A stretch of 32,000 bases of DNA from Candidatus Saccharimonadota bacterium. Its GTDB lineage: Bacteria > Patescibacteriota > Saccharimonadia > Saccharimonadales > Saccharimonadaceae. The stretch covers positions 360,001-392,000 of the forward strand of contig JAIUPJ010000001.1 in assembly GCA_020160975.1 (NCBI GenBank), given 5' to 3'. Of this stretch, positions 1 through 9,090 are shown piece after piece (the first letter of the stretch is position 1; each line of letters opens with the position of its first letter). A program made the position numbers and the translations under genes. The notes beneath the pieces were generated by a model. The model was not told the DNA's origin and did no database searches. It saw only the letters and a list, made by a program, of their open reading frames with translations.

Positions 1-1158
1 ATAGCCCCACCGTCGCAACTGCTTGAACTGCGCGATCAGGGTTTGTTTGAGGGTATTTGCCATCACCGCGTCTTGGTAAATCGGTACGTGAATCGGGATG
101 ACTGAGTAGTTGCCGCCAAAGTAGAAGTAGCTGCGCCAGTACTGATGGCCGTCCTCGACGATGCTACGCTTGCTCCAGTACCCCATTTCGCTTAGTGCAT
201 CCATTGGCTGGCTATGGGCCGCAAAGTTACGCAGTGTGTGCGGACGCATACTGCTAATAATTGTCCAAAATGAGTTACCGGTAGCGATTACCCTCATCGG
301 GGCCGGCGCATCCCAAATATTACCGAAGTAGAGTGCAATCGGCTGATACGACAGATGTTTGCGGTCAGGCTGCACAATGTATTCATATGCCACGTAATCA
401 AAATAGGTTGGATGCGGACGGTTATCAGAGTCGAGTGTCGTGATCATGACGTTTTTGTACTCGATTTCCTGCTGATCGCACCATGTTTCCATCACCTGGG
501 CGGCGTAGGTGATGTTGGGGCCCTTGCCGACGAGCTCATCAGGAAGATCAGCCGGATGTTTGATGATCTGAAATGTCTTAAATGTATCGTTATACTCCTC
601 TTTCAGGCGCTGAGCAGTTTTCTCAATCTGCTTGCCCCCGCGCTCTTCGTACGCCAGGCAAAGAATAATCTGCTTGTTATTGTAGGTTGTGTCTCTAACT
701 GACTCGATGGTCGGCTGGATGACATCATAGTCCTCGTTGTAGGCGGCAATGAACACCATCTGGTACAGCTGCGATGGTTTTGGGTAATTGTCTGCATCCG
801 CTGCAATCAGGCGCAAATTCTCCTGGTGCGCCTTGTAGCCAAAGCCAGACGACTGCTGGTGGCTTAGTTTTTCATAGCTATCAATCGGATCCTCGAGGTC
901 CTCTAGCCGCCGATGCCAATCAACACGCTGAGCCTTCACCAGATAACCATGACCACGGATGGTGTGAAATGCGATCCCAATTGATTTGATAAATAGCGTT
1001 AGGATAAGGAGCAAGAGATAAATTGCCGCAACAAATGGACTTACTATTGAAAGAATAATTAATACCGCGATCATGCCATAGCTGAGCGCACCAGGAACAA
1101 TTTCAAAAAAACGGTAGAGCCTGGAGCGTTTCTTGAGCGGCAGCTCAAGATCAATCAT
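1..1158 (-). CDS. Family-2 glycosyltransferase, membrane-bound processive type (partial; C-terminus lies beyond the left edge)
   Basis: My own minus-strand translation starts at ATG 1158..1156, in an ATGA overlap with the stop of 1155..1535. It reads MIDLELPLKKRSRLYRFFEIVPGALSYGMIAVLIILS.., giving two N-terminal TM helices. Further on are ..VFIAAYNEDYDV.., ..ITTLDSDNRPH.. (DxD-type) and ..QFKQLRRWGY (QxxRW motif) at position 1. The ORF track omits it because there is no stop codon in the window. Confidence 0.6.
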   Translation of the reverse strand, partial: MIDLELPLKKRSRLYRFFEIVPGALSYGMIAVLIILSIVSPFVAAIYLLLLILTLFIKSIGIAFHTIRGHGYLVKAQRVDWHRRLEDLEDPIDSYEKLSHQQSSGFGYKAHQENLRLIAADADNYPKPSQLYQMVFIAAYNEDYDVIQPTIESVRDTTYNNKQIILCLAYEERGGKQIEKTAQRLKEEYNDTFKTFQIIKHPADLPDELVGKGPNITYAAQVMETWCDQQEIEYKNVMITTLDSDNRPHPTYFDYVAYEYIVQPDRKHLSYQPIALYFGNIWDAPAPMRVIATGNSFWTIISSMRPHTLRNFAAHSQPMDALSEMGYWSKRSIVEDGHQYWRSYFYFGGNYSVIPIHVPIYQDAVMANTLKQTLIAQFKQLRRWGY

Positions 1159-1535
1159 ACACTTCGCCCGAGCTGCATCACCGCAAGCGCATACGATATC
1201 GCAATCATCAGCATAGTTAGCCCCATCCAACCGATGATAACAGCTGTTTGGCGCCGCTCAAGATTGTGAAACTTCACCATGAGCGAAAGGTGTGTCGCAA
1301 CGACAATAACACCAAAGAGCACGAATGTTAGAAGATACTGCCAGTGCGCTTTATAGAAATGCGCTTCGCCAAACGCCGTGTACCGGTTATATACCGTTAC
1401 ATCGCTGGTGTGAATATTGAGACCAACCACAATCAAGTAAATAACTCCCATCATGACAAGCCCTGCCATCAAAAACAAAAAAGGTCGGTCGGTAAACACA
1501 CGTTTCATAGATAACTGAATTGCTTCTTTGTTCAT
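1155..1535 (-). CDS. Hypothetical small integral membrane protein (about 4 TM helices)
   Basis: A 126-aa ORF with four long hydrophobic stretches. The RBS is GGAG, 4 nt upstream of the ATG. Its stop overlaps the start of the downstream GT2 gene. I recognise no family. Confidence 0.55.
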   Translation of the reverse strand: MNKEAIQLSMKRVFTDRPFLFLMAGLVMMGVIYLIVVGLNIHTSDVTVYNRYTAFGEAHFYKAHWQYLLTFVLFGVIVVATHLSLMVKFHNLERRQTAVIIGWMGLTMLMIAISYALAVMQLGRSV

Positions 1536-1550
1536 AGCGCTCCTTCTTTA

Positions 1551-1626
1551 TGGAGCCGTCTGCCGGGATCGAACCGGCGACCTGCACGTTACGAATGTGC
1601 TGCTCTACCAACTGAGCTAAGACGGC
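1551..1626 (-). tRNA. tRNA-Thr (anticodon CGU), CCA encoded
   Basis: The reverse complement is GCCGTCTTAGCTCAGTTGGTAGAGCAGCACATTCGTAACGTGCAGGTCGCCGGTTCGATCCCGGCAGACGGCTCCA. It has a perfect 7-bp acceptor stem, D and T arms, a TTCGATC T-loop and the anticodon loop TTCGTAA. Positions 31-39 form an A-C mismatch. Confidence 0.9.
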
Positions 1627-1641
1627 ATCATTTATTGATTG

Positions 1642-1650
1642 ATTATAGCA
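1642..1650 (-). promoter_or_regulatory. Candidate extended -10 element (TGCTATAAT) for tRNA-Thr and the downstream genes
   Basis: The minus strand reads ..TTTGCTATAATcaatcaataaatgat, followed directly by the tRNA 5' end. No convincing -35 element was found. Confidence 0.3.
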
Positions 1651-1880
1651 AACTACTAGTGGTGGTGCTAGATGAGAGTAAAATTGACTCAGGTCAATAA
1701 GTATCGACCGGATATCGGCTAAAACTCCACCTCGACGATTTGAGTCCAACTGCGCGCCCGACCGAATGCACTCAAGATGATAGCGCTATACTAGCGCCAT
1801 CATCAACTAAAAGCCGTCAAACCATAGATCATGACAGTATTCGACGCGACAATTTGAATCATCGTGTGCAATATCTCGAA

Positions 1881-1918
1881 AAAGAAATATACCCACCTTC
1901 AGGTGGGTATATTTCTTT
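1881..1918 (-). terminator. Rho-independent terminator after sodA and tRNA-Asp
   Basis: A perfect 17-bp inverted repeat, AAAGAAATATACCCACC-ttca-GGTGGGTATATTTCTTT, lies immediately 3' of tRNA-Asp. On the minus strand the stem is followed by a T-run. Confidence 0.8.
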
Positions 1919-1995
1919 GGCGCGCCCGACCGGATTCGAACCGGCGATCTCCTCCGTGACAGGGAGGCGTGATAGACCAGCTTCACTACGAGCGC
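1918..1995 (-). tRNA. tRNA-Asp (anticodon GUC), CCA encoded
   Basis: The reverse complement is GCGCTCGTAGTGAAGCTGGTCTATCACGCCTCCCTGTCACGGAGGAGATCGCCGGTTCGAATCCGGTCGGGCGCGCCA. It folds as a cloverleaf with the anticodon loop CTGTCAC. Confidence 0.9.
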
Positions 1996-2037
1996 AGACG
2001 CTTTACGTATTTTAACAGATACCAAATTGAGAATCAA

Positions 2038-2631
2038 CTACTGCGTAAAGCGCTGTTCGACAAACTTCCAGTTCACAACGTCCCACCAGTTCTTGATGTA
2101 ATCATCGCGCTTGTTCTTGTAGTCGAGATAGTAAGCATGCTCCCATACGTCGAGACCCATCAGTGGCTCGCCTTTGCCTTCCATCATTGGCGTGTCCTGG
2201 TTTGGCATAGCGAGAATTTCAAGGTCGCGCGTTAGCCATACCCAGCCACTGCCGAATAGGCCGAGTGCTTTGGAATTAAATTCATCTGTAAATGCCTCGA
2301 AACTTCCCCACTTTTCTCTTATTGCGTCACCGAGTTTGCCCTGCGGCTCACCGCCCGCCTGCGGAGCCATGATTTCCCAAAATAGACTGTGGTTGTAATG
2401 TCCACCGCCATGGTTACGGATGGCCATGCGCACAGAATCCGGGAGGTTGCCGATATCACTCAGTAGCTCAACAAGTGTGGCCTGTTTGAGATCTGGCGCC
2501 TCCTCTAGTGCGGCATTAAGCTTGTCTACATAGGTTTGGTGGTGCTTGCTGTGGTGCAGCTTCATGATGTCTTCACTAATAGTAGGTGCAAGTGCGTCGT
2601 AATTGTACGGTAAATCTGGTAGCGTGTACAT
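2038..2631 (-). CDS. sodA: Fe/Mn-family superoxide dismutase
   Basis: 197 aa. The N-terminus is LPDLPYNYDALAPTIS..HHSKHHQTYV, and the signature DVWEHAYYLDY is present near the C-terminus. Confidence 0.95.
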   Translation of the reverse strand: MYTLPDLPYNYDALAPTISEDIMKLHHSKHHQTYVDKLNAALEEAPDLKQATLVELLSDIGNLPDSVRMAIRNHGGGHYNHSLFWEIMAPQAGGEPQGKLGDAIREKWGSFEAFTDEFNSKALGLFGSGWVWLTRDLEILAMPNQDTPMMEGKGEPLMGLDVWEHAYYLDYKNKRDDYIKNWWDVVNWKFVEQRFTQ

Positions 2632-2648
2632 CTAGTCTGTCCTCCTCG

Positions 2649-3698
2649 TTATTGTTTGGCTGCAATCGAAATATATTCGTTGATTTTGCCAGATTTCTTC
2701 AGTTCATCGATCTTTGCACTAAACATGGTCAGTGGCACTTTGAGATAACTAAAATCGACTTGCGTATCGGTTTTGTCGAGAACTTTTACGAAATAGTAGC
2801 CATCGTCAGTCGTTGCTTTAATGGGGCCAGCTACCGCTCCCTTCTCAAGCTTTGCAACCTCGCTAAGTTGCAAGCCACTAAAAGTGCTGGTCTTGTTGAG
2901 CATGCCGGTTTGACCAGTCGCGATCTTGCCCCCCTTTACCACTGCCAATTGTTCAGCTACTTTTGCAAAGTCCCCTCCTGTACTCTTTACCAACGGGTCA
3001 GCCTGCTTCACTTGCTCGCTCGCCTGCGTGTCATAGGCAAAAGCAACTTTGTTGCGCGTAATTGTTCGCCGCAACGACACCTTGAGGTCACTCGATGTCC
3101 AGCCATTCGTCATTTGCAGTGCTGAGTAATACGTATCCTCAGAGATCACGCCATTTGCCGTATTGCGCTGAGACGCGATAAGATCCGCAACCTCTTTGTC
3201 TGAGACGGTGACGTTATATTGCGGCGCAAGCTTCTGCGCATAGGCGTTTTCGATGGCGGTGTCCATCACTTGGCGTTTGACGTAATCTAACTGATTTCGT
3301 CCGTCTTTCGTCTCAAGTTTGACTTCTCCGTACTTATCAAGCCAGTACTCGTTAAATCGATAGCGAGCTAAGTAATCATCGAATGGCACTAGCTGCCCGT
3401 CAATAGTAGCCACTGGTACCGGCAGCACCCGTGTAATACGATACATAAAGGTACTGGAATTCTGTGCAATATATAACTGCTGCCACCCCAGCAAAACAAG
3501 GAGCACAACAGATGTCACCGCTACGATAAGCGCATTAATCACTAATTTGTGACGTGCATACTGGATCGGATACTTGAATTTTCGTCCCCCAGCAAGAATC
3601 TGCTCACGGTGCTCTGCAACCGTCTCGTTCGTAATTCGAGAAGACGGCTCCCCTTGGAGCTTATGTCGACGTAGTTTTTTAGGAAGTAGCTTCTTCAT
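2649..3698 (-). CDS. SurA-N/PpiD-like membrane-anchored chaperone-type protein
   Basis: I chose the start at MKKLLPKK (ATG 3698) rather than the track start at 3806, which would run far into the upstream gene. The protein has a basic N-terminus and a single TM (LVINALIVAVTSVVLLVLLGW). An extracytoplasmic region follows, with a SurA-N-like pattern (ATIDGQLVPFDDYLARYRFNEYW..). I saw no clear rotamase motif. Confidence 0.45.
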   Translation of the reverse strand: MKKLLPKKLRRHKLQGEPSSRITNETVAEHREQILAGGRKFKYPIQYARHKLVINALIVAVTSVVLLVLLGWQQLYIAQNSSTFMYRITRVLPVPVATIDGQLVPFDDYLARYRFNEYWLDKYGEVKLETKDGRNQLDYVKRQVMDTAIENAYAQKLAPQYNVTVSDKEVADLIASQRNTANGVISEDTYYSALQMTNGWTSSDLKVSLRRTITRNKVAFAYDTQASEQVKQADPLVKSTGGDFAKVAEQLAVVKGGKIATGQTGMLNKTSTFSGLQLSEVAKLEKGAVAGPIKATTDDGYYFVKVLDKTDTQVDFSYLKVPLTMFSAKIDELKKSGKINEYISIAAKQ

Positions 3699-4218
3699 AG
3701 TCTTCTTGGGCCTTGGATTCTTTCGTTGCCTTATGCACTGCATCTTGCAGCTTGTTATAAATATCATTTGGGTGTTCAACCATATGAATAACCAGGTCGC
3801 CCACAAACGTCTGTATCACAATGGTTCCGAACTTGAAGACTTCACCACTGAATCCAGGGATATTATAGCTAATGTTTTGGATCTTGGCCAGGCGCAGCTC
3901 CACGACATCCTTACCAAACAGCCCAATTTGTGTTACCTGGCGAATTCGTTCTGTCGTCACAATGTACACCGTGAAATACCACATGATAAAGTGATACGCA
4001 AAGATAATGAGACCGAGGATTAGTCCAGCAATTGGCAGGAGAAATAGTTCGAGATTTGTTTGCCAAATCAGCGGCGGGATCGCACTCACTGCAAATGGGA
4101 TGAGCAGGCCATAAAAGCCTTTGCGCATGGCGATGATATGGCGACGAAACACAAGCAGAAGCTCTTCGCCCTCATGTTGCCCTTCAAAGTCTTCTCGCTT
4201 TACTTCTTTTGTTGCCAT
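3679..4218 (-). CDS. Membrane protein with a bacterial PH (bPH_2/YdbS-like) domain
   Basis: 179 aa. Two adjacent TM helices are followed by a ..VTTERIRQVTQIGLFGKDVVELRLAKIQNISY.. topology, typical of DUF304/bPH proteins. The acidic and Lys-rich tail is also consistent. Confidence 0.45.
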   Translation of the reverse strand: MATKEVKREDFEGQHEGEELLLVFRRHIIAMRKGFYGLLIPFAVSAIPPLIWQTNLELFLLPIAGLILGLIIFAYHFIMWYFTVYIVTTERIRQVTQIGLFGKDVVELRLAKIQNISYNIPGFSGEVFKFGTIVIQTFVGDLVIHMVEHPNDIYNKLQDAVHKATKESKAQEDYEEATS

Positions 4219-4229
4219 TGATATTCCCC

Positions 4230-4306
4230 TGGTGTCCCGGGAGGGATTCGAACCCCCGACGCCCGCCTTAGGACGGCGGCGCTCTATCCAGCTGAGCTAC
4301 CGAGAC
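4230..4306 (-). tRNA. tRNA-Arg (anticodon CCU), CCA encoded
   Basis: The reverse complement is GTCTCGGTAGCTCAGCTGGATAGAGCGCCGCCGTCCTAAGGCGGGCGTCGGGGGTTCGAATCCCTCCCGGGACACCA. The anticodon stem is CCGCC/GGCGG and the loop is GTCCTAA. Confidence 0.85.
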
Positions 4307-4336
4307 GCACTTATCTCAGTATAGCACCCCTGTTCT

Positions 4337-4843
4337 TTAGCGAGTAAATTTTTCGTTGATGACTTTGTAGTCGTAGAGTTCTTCTGGCGTAAACCAGTGC
4401 GCAATCTCTTTGGTCGCCTCGTCGACATCACCACTAGCGTGAATCAAGTTTGGGATACCTTTGCCTTTTGTATCTGCATATCCGAAACTCATATGGGAAA
4501 AATCACCACGGATCGTTCCAGGTAGCGCGCTCTTTGGCTCGGTCGTCCCGACCAGCTTGCGAACCAGCTCTACTGATTCGACGCCGCGCAACACCATTGC
4601 AATCACAGGCCCTTCGACCATCATTGCAAGTGTGACATCGAATGCCGTTTGGCCGCGACGGGTAATCATCTGACCAATCCCTTCGTAATGATTGTGGTAG
4701 TGTTGCTTGTCTGGCGTCAGCATCTTGGTTGCAATAATTTTGAGGCCTACCCGCTCAAACCGAGTCAGAATTTCACCAACAATGCCTCGTTGAACCGCAT
4801 CTGGCTTAAAAAGAATTAACGTATTTTGTACATCTGTGCTCAT
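4337..4843 (-). CDS. ndk: Nucleoside-diphosphate kinase (long form)
   Basis: I chose the start at MSTDVQNTLILFKPDAVQRG (ATG 4843, with AAAGGGA upstream). The active-site region NLIHASGD is present. The 32-aa N-terminal extension in the track has no support. Confidence 0.9.
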   Translation of the reverse strand: MSTDVQNTLILFKPDAVQRGIVGEILTRFERVGLKIIATKMLTPDKQHYHNHYEGIGQMITRRGQTAFDVTLAMMVEGPVIAMVLRGVESVELVRKLVGTTEPKSALPGTIRGDFSHMSFGYADTKGKGIPNLIHASGDVDEATKEIAHWFTPEELYDYKVINEKFTR

Positions 4844-4974
4844 AACATCCCTTTCGTTTACTATATTGTACCAGACCGCCTCAACAGATACTACTGAGCA
4901 CATTTTTTGTTCATCTGGTCTTTCTCCTACCTCTGTCATTTTTTTGCTATTTCCGTTATGCTGAGGTTATGTTT

Positions 4975-5883
4975 ATGTCAGAATTATTGCTTGATTTTAT
5001 CGAGCATCTCGAAGTTGAGCGAGGCCGCTCTAGTAAAACCAGCGAGAACTATCGCCGCTATCTCGAGCGATTTATCGAATTTGCTGGTGATGTCGAGGTG
5101 CAAAACATCACAAATGAACTAGTTCGTAAATACCGTCTCTGGCTCAACCGTTACGAAGGTGACCGTGGCGATGAGCTTGCAACAATCACTCAGGCGTATC
5201 ACCTCATTGCCCTGCGCGGATTTTTGCACTATCTAAGCAAACGAGATATAGTCAGTTTGACACCAAACAAAATTGAGCTTCCCAAAATTCATCGCAAGCA
5301 AGTTACCTTTCTGCACTATGAAGAGATTGAACGACTTCGCGATGCGGTGCCAGAAGATGACACATTAGCACACCTGCGTGATCGTGCGCTAATCGAACTA
5401 CTCTTCTCGAGTGGCTTGCGTGTCTCCGAGCTCGTCAATCTCGATCGAGACCATATCAACACCAAGCGACGCGAATTTATGGTGCGAGGAAAAGGTCAAA
5501 AAGACCGGCCCGTATTTATTAGCCAAGCGGCGGCCGGGTACATCGAAAGCTACCTCGCTAAGCGCGACGACACGCTGGCGCCTCTCTTCCTCAACTATAG
5601 CCGCAACAATCAGACCGACACCAGTGGGTCATTCCGCCGCCTTACTGCGCGAAGTATCCAACGAATGATAGCAAACTATGCCAAGCTTGCTGGTATCACC
5701 AAGCACGTCAGTCCCCATACGATGCGACATAGTTTTGCCACCGATTTACTAATGAACGGGGCCGATATCCGCAGCGTGCAGAGCATGCTTGGGCATAGTA
5801 GTATCGCAACCACACAGGTGTATACCCATGTGACTGACGCCCATCTCAAAGAAATCTACGAAAAATTCCACTCAGGAGAGTGA
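4975..5883 (+). CDS. xerC: Tyrosine site-specific recombinase XerC/XerD family
   Basis: An N-terminal SAM-like domain (LEVERGRSSKTSENYRRYLERF) precedes the catalytic region ..HTMRHSFATDLL..GADIRSVQSMLGHSSIATTQVYTHV. A GAGG RBS lies 8 nt before ATG 4975. ATG 4969 is an alternative start. Confidence 0.9.
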   Translation: MSELLLDFIEHLEVERGRSSKTSENYRRYLERFIEFAGDVEVQNITNELVRKYRLWLNRYEGDRGDELATITQAYHLIALRGFLHYLSKRDIVSLTPNKIELPKIHRKQVTFLHYEEIERLRDAVPEDDTLAHLRDRALIELLFSSGLRVSELVNLDRDHINTKRREFMVRGKGQKDRPVFISQAAAGYIESYLAKRDDTLAPLFLNYSRNNQTDTSGSFRRLTARSIQRMIANYAKLAGITKHVSPHTMRHSFATDLLMNGADIRSVQSMLGHSSIATTQVYTHVTDAHLKEIYEKFHSGE

Positions 5884-5902
5884 TCGGCAACTTACTGCAC
5901 AA

Positions 5903-7015
5903 TTATGGGGTACAGCCGTTTGCACTATGGTCTTGGAAATACACTGGCAGCGTGCTGACCGTCATTGTCTTGCATAGATTATTGGTTACATCTACCGTTG
6001 CACGCGGATAAAGAGAGTCAGCGGCGGGGTCAATCTTCTCCACGCGCGCTGAAACACGCCGAAAGACATCACTGGCTCGCCCAGTAGAATCGATTATCGG
6101 CTGGATATTGCTAAATTGGGTACCCGACGGCACGATCTGAAATGCCGAGGAATTGTAAAGGCTCGTCAAACGAAGATAGGCTTTACTACCACCTGCACCC
6201 CCTACTTGGCGAGGCAGTGTCAAACGAGCTTCGCAGTTGTAGCCATTATAGATAGGCAAGGTTCCACAAGCCACCGTCTTCGGAGCGAGCGTTCCACTCC
6301 GGCGCCCATCACTCGCAAATGCGTAGGCGTTTAACCCCCCACTCTTCGGCATAAGGTAAAGGGTGTGACCGTACCCATTGTTGTCGAAAACTGTCGGGTC
6401 GATTGGCGCAGTATCAAACTGAATTAGCTGGGTACGAAGCACTGCGGGTGTCGCATAGTTCCACCCCGCTAACGTCGGTAGCTTCACGTCTGTCAGGTTG
6501 CTCCCTAGCGCACTGCTCGATGCCTGTGGCACTCGCCAGCGTACAATGAGGTCTGTAAATCCACCCGTTGTCGTCAATGCTATCACTGTTGAGCTACCTG
6601 CAGCTAGCGAGGCTCCCTCATACGTAGGTGTGTTGCGGATGATCTTGAGGCAGGTATAGGCTTGTTCAAATGCCTGTCCAGTTACATCAGACGTACTCGT
6701 CTTGAGATAGACTTCACCATTTGTGGCAGCGACGAGCCCTGCAGCACTCGTCGTATCGCAGCGCATCGCATCGATCTTGTCACAGGCTGTTGTGTCACCA
6801 TTGTCACAGGCTGCCAGAAGGCGCTTACCATCTTCGACTCCCGCGAGCGCAGAATCGTATGCCCCTTGAGAGAGCTCGTTGTCATTCGTACGCGATACCT
6901 CGTTGATCATCAACTTCATAAAGCCAAGCGTTACCGTTACAAACAGCAAGACCGAGAACATCACCACGACAAGCGCCGTCACCCCTTGTTCATATTTTCT
7001 TATACGCTGGCTCAT
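5903..7015 (-). CDS. PilX-N-like pilus-associated protein (last gene of the pilus locus)
   Basis: 370 aa. The N-terminus (QGVTALVVVMFSVLLFVTVTLGF..EVSRTNDNELSQGAYDSALAGVEDG) resembles the PilX N-terminal domain pattern but has no G/FTxxE cleavage motif. The extracellular part is Cys-rich. Its start overlaps the stop of the upstream minor pilin. Confidence 0.5.
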   Translation of the reverse strand: MSQRIRKYEQGVTALVVVMFSVLLFVTVTLGFMKLMINEVSRTNDNELSQGAYDSALAGVEDGKRLLAACDNGDTTACDKIDAMRCDTTSAAGLVAATNGEVYLKTSTSDVTGQAFEQAYTCLKIIRNTPTYEGASLAAGSSTVIALTTTGGFTDLIVRWRVPQASSSALGSNLTDVKLPTLAGWNYATPAVLRTQLIQFDTAPIDPTVFDNNGYGHTLYLMPKSGGLNAYAFASDGRRSGTLAPKTVACGTLPIYNGYNCEARLTLPRQVGGAGGSKAYLRLTSLYNSSAFQIVPSGTQFSNIQPIIDSTGRASDVFRRVSARVEKIDPAADSLYPRATVDVTNNLCKTMTVSTLPVYFQDHSANGCTP

Positions 7016-7728
7016 AGCCCCCCTCCTGCCCGAACAATCGTATCGAATTCAACAACACTACAGTAATCAAAGTTCGCCGTATTGTCAGTCGGTGGACGGC
7101 ACTGATAGCCACTTGCAGGGTCAAGCGTTGTCGTATCGGGATCATTTGTCCCCATAGTCATATGCAGCGAGTACAGCGCCTTGCCATTACCGCTCGGGTC
7201 TTGCTGGACAAGCTTGACCGCAGCATCATACACAGCCAGCGCTCGTCCATCCGCACCGAGGAGCTCAGTCGACTCCATATCAGCACGGATTGTCATGGGC
7301 AACTTGCCGCTCATATCCGGCGTACAGAGATAGGCGCCGTTATCAATGACACGTCGAAAGACAACAGTCTTGTTATCGATATCGGTAATCTTCTGACTGA
7401 TCGCAACCGTCGAATCATTGATAAGATTCGCTGTATTCCAGACATAGCTCACCGCACCTGTACAAACTCTTCCGGCATATTTCCCTGACGTGCCAAGCTG
7501 ATTTGGCGTCAGAATCTTGTCGCTTGTAGCCGCGCTAAAATCTCTCCGGAGGCCATCAACCAGTTCACGACTGGCTTGATTGACCGTTTTGTACGTCTCG
7601 CCTTTTGCATACAACTTTCCCGCTTGAAGGGTAATGAATATAATAGCAAGCAGCAGAATCGACATAAATGCCATAGCGAGTGTCAATTCAACCAGGGTGA
7701 ACCCTCGTTGTGCACGATTAGCGATCAT
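7012..7728 (-). CDS. Prepilin-type minor pilin (PilW/FimT-like position)
   Basis: The N-terminus MIANRAQRG/FTLVELTLAMAFMSILLLAIIF is a class III signal peptide, with Phe at +1 and Glu at +5. Confidence 0.75.
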   Translation of the reverse strand: MIANRAQRGFTLVELTLAMAFMSILLLAIIFITLQAGKLYAKGETYKTVNQASRELVDGLRRDFSAATSDKILTPNQLGTSGKYAGRVCTGAVSYVWNTANLINDSTVAISQKITDIDNKTVVFRRVIDNGAYLCTPDMSGKLPMTIRADMESTELLGADGRALAVYDAAVKLVQQDPSGNGKALYSLHMTMGTNDPDTTTLDPASGYQCRPPTDNTANFDYCSVVEFDTIVRAGGGL

Positions 7729-8347
7729 AGACCCTCACAATCGTTCCAACTGTCATTGGCACAGCGAGTCCCACACTATCCCAGCAGCCGTGAATATAGA
7801 AATCATAGGCATCAAGCACTGTTCGTAATGCAGGGTTTGGTGTGGCATTTTCTGCTTTGACAACTTGCACCCATATGCCGTAGGCTTTTGGTGTCGCGGC
7901 GCCATACGTCACCTGCGCATAGGTACTGGCAGCTGTATAGTTAGCGGCATCAGCTGGTTTTATATCAAATCCTGCTCCACTTGGTTTTGGTACCACGAAG
8001 AACCCATTTGCTCCACCAGAGGAAAGCTGTCCTACGCTCGGACATGGGCCTGACAATGGCAACGGTCCCCCAGCTGCAGTCACGAGCCTGCCAGTCGATC
8101 CTGCAACACTTTTGTCGCCAACCATTGTCGTCCACGCAGAGTCACCTGACGCCTGAATATAACGAATAATCTCTGCTTGCGAATCAATTTGTTGCCTCAC
8201 GAGGCTTTTTTCGAGACTTCGCTGCGCCATAGCCACTCCTTGGTTCAAGATAGTGAGGCAGCTGACTGCAGCGAGTGAAAAGATAGCAAATGCCAACATC
8301 AGCTCGATCAGTGTATCCCCGCGGTGAAGCCTTGCCATGGTTAGCAT
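7718..8347 (-). CDS. Prepilin-like minor pilin with an atypical +1 residue
   Basis: The N-terminus is M(LTM)ARLHRG/DTLIELMLAFAIFSLAAVS. Gly at -1 and Glu at +5 are conserved, but +1 is Asp rather than Phe or Met. Confidence 0.6.
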   Translation of the reverse strand: MLTMARLHRGDTLIELMLAFAIFSLAAVSCLTILNQGVAMAQRSLEKSLVRQQIDSQAEIIRYIQASGDSAWTTMVGDKSVAGSTGRLVTAAGGPLPLSGPCPSVGQLSSGGANGFFVVPKPSGAGFDIKPADAANYTAASTYAQVTYGAATPKAYGIWVQVVKAENATPNPALRTVLDAYDFYIHGCWDSVGLAVPMTVGTIVRVYDR

Positions 8348-9078
8348 GTCCCTTCAGGTACAAAATTAACACCGCCGCTATTGACCGCATTTGCTTGCAG
8401 GACCACGCCAATCGCCTTTGTGCCTGTCAGCCCAGCCGTATCGACGCACATCAAATAGTCGGTGCTGGTTGTCCCCGAGGCGATTACCTCGCTTGGCTTC
8501 TTGTCCGCTTCACGCAGCACATAGGTGTGAACCAATCCAGAAGTTGGCATGCGAACTATCACGATACTAAATCGAAGTGGCGTATTGTTTTCGCTTCCTG
8601 CGCCAACGAGCCGCGAAGACCACCCCATGTCGTATGTCTCCTTCTTGGGATCTGCCACAAGTCCCGCATCGGAGAGGATCTGCGTATCGGTATCGGAGTC
8701 ATTGCGCGGCAGTGTCAGCGCATCGACAGTGGCATAGAGCTTCTGATAGCCAACGGTCTGACCGTCGGCCGAACTTGTCACGAGCTGTCCGACAACCGTG
8801 CAGCCGTCGCTCGCCCCTGCAATCGGCGAGCTGGTGGTGCCACCGCCGACGATGATACCCGATGCGCCGCAGACGTCTGTCTGTGGACGTGAGTTATTGA
8901 CATTCACCGTATCGTTGTATTGCCCTCTCATAAAATCAGCAAACGAACTCACCGCATCGTGATAACGTTCGCGGTTGAGCCCAACCGAAACACCCGTCAA
9001 AAGTGTTGCCATAATCACGCCAGTGATTGCCAGAAACAGCATCACTTCAATAACCGTGAACCCCCTATGCCTATCCAT
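8341..9078 (-). CDS. Prepilin-type minor pilin
   Basis: The N-terminus is MDRHRG/FTVIEVMLFLAITGVIMATLL (245 aa). Confidence 0.75.
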   Translation of the reverse strand: MDRHRGFTVIEVMLFLAITGVIMATLLTGVSVGLNRERYHDAVSSFADFMRGQYNDTVNVNNSRPQTDVCGASGIIVGGGTTSSPIAGASDGCTVVGQLVTSSADGQTVGYQKLYATVDALTLPRNDSDTDTQILSDAGLVADPKKETYDMGWSSRLVGAGSENNTPLRFSIVIVRMPTSGLVHTYVLREADKKPSEVIASGTTSTDYLMCVDTAGLTGTKAIGVVLQANAVNSGGVNFVPEGTC

Positions 9079-9090
9079 AACTATCTGTGA

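Noticed and set aside
355-989. The small plus-strand and minus-strand ORFs at 355..702, 603..806 and 774..989.
   Set aside because: They lie inside, antisense to or out of frame with the long open minus-strand frame. That frame encodes a coherent GT2 glycosyltransferase (DxD and QxxRW motifs).
2649-3806. The N-terminal extensions proposed by the ORF track, both here (385 aa) and for ndk (4337..4939, 200 aa).
   Set aside because: The extensions overlap the upstream gene or the divergent promoter region. They are Cys/Trp-rich or otherwise atypical. Internal ATGs (3698 and 4843) give canonical N-termini and sensible spacing.
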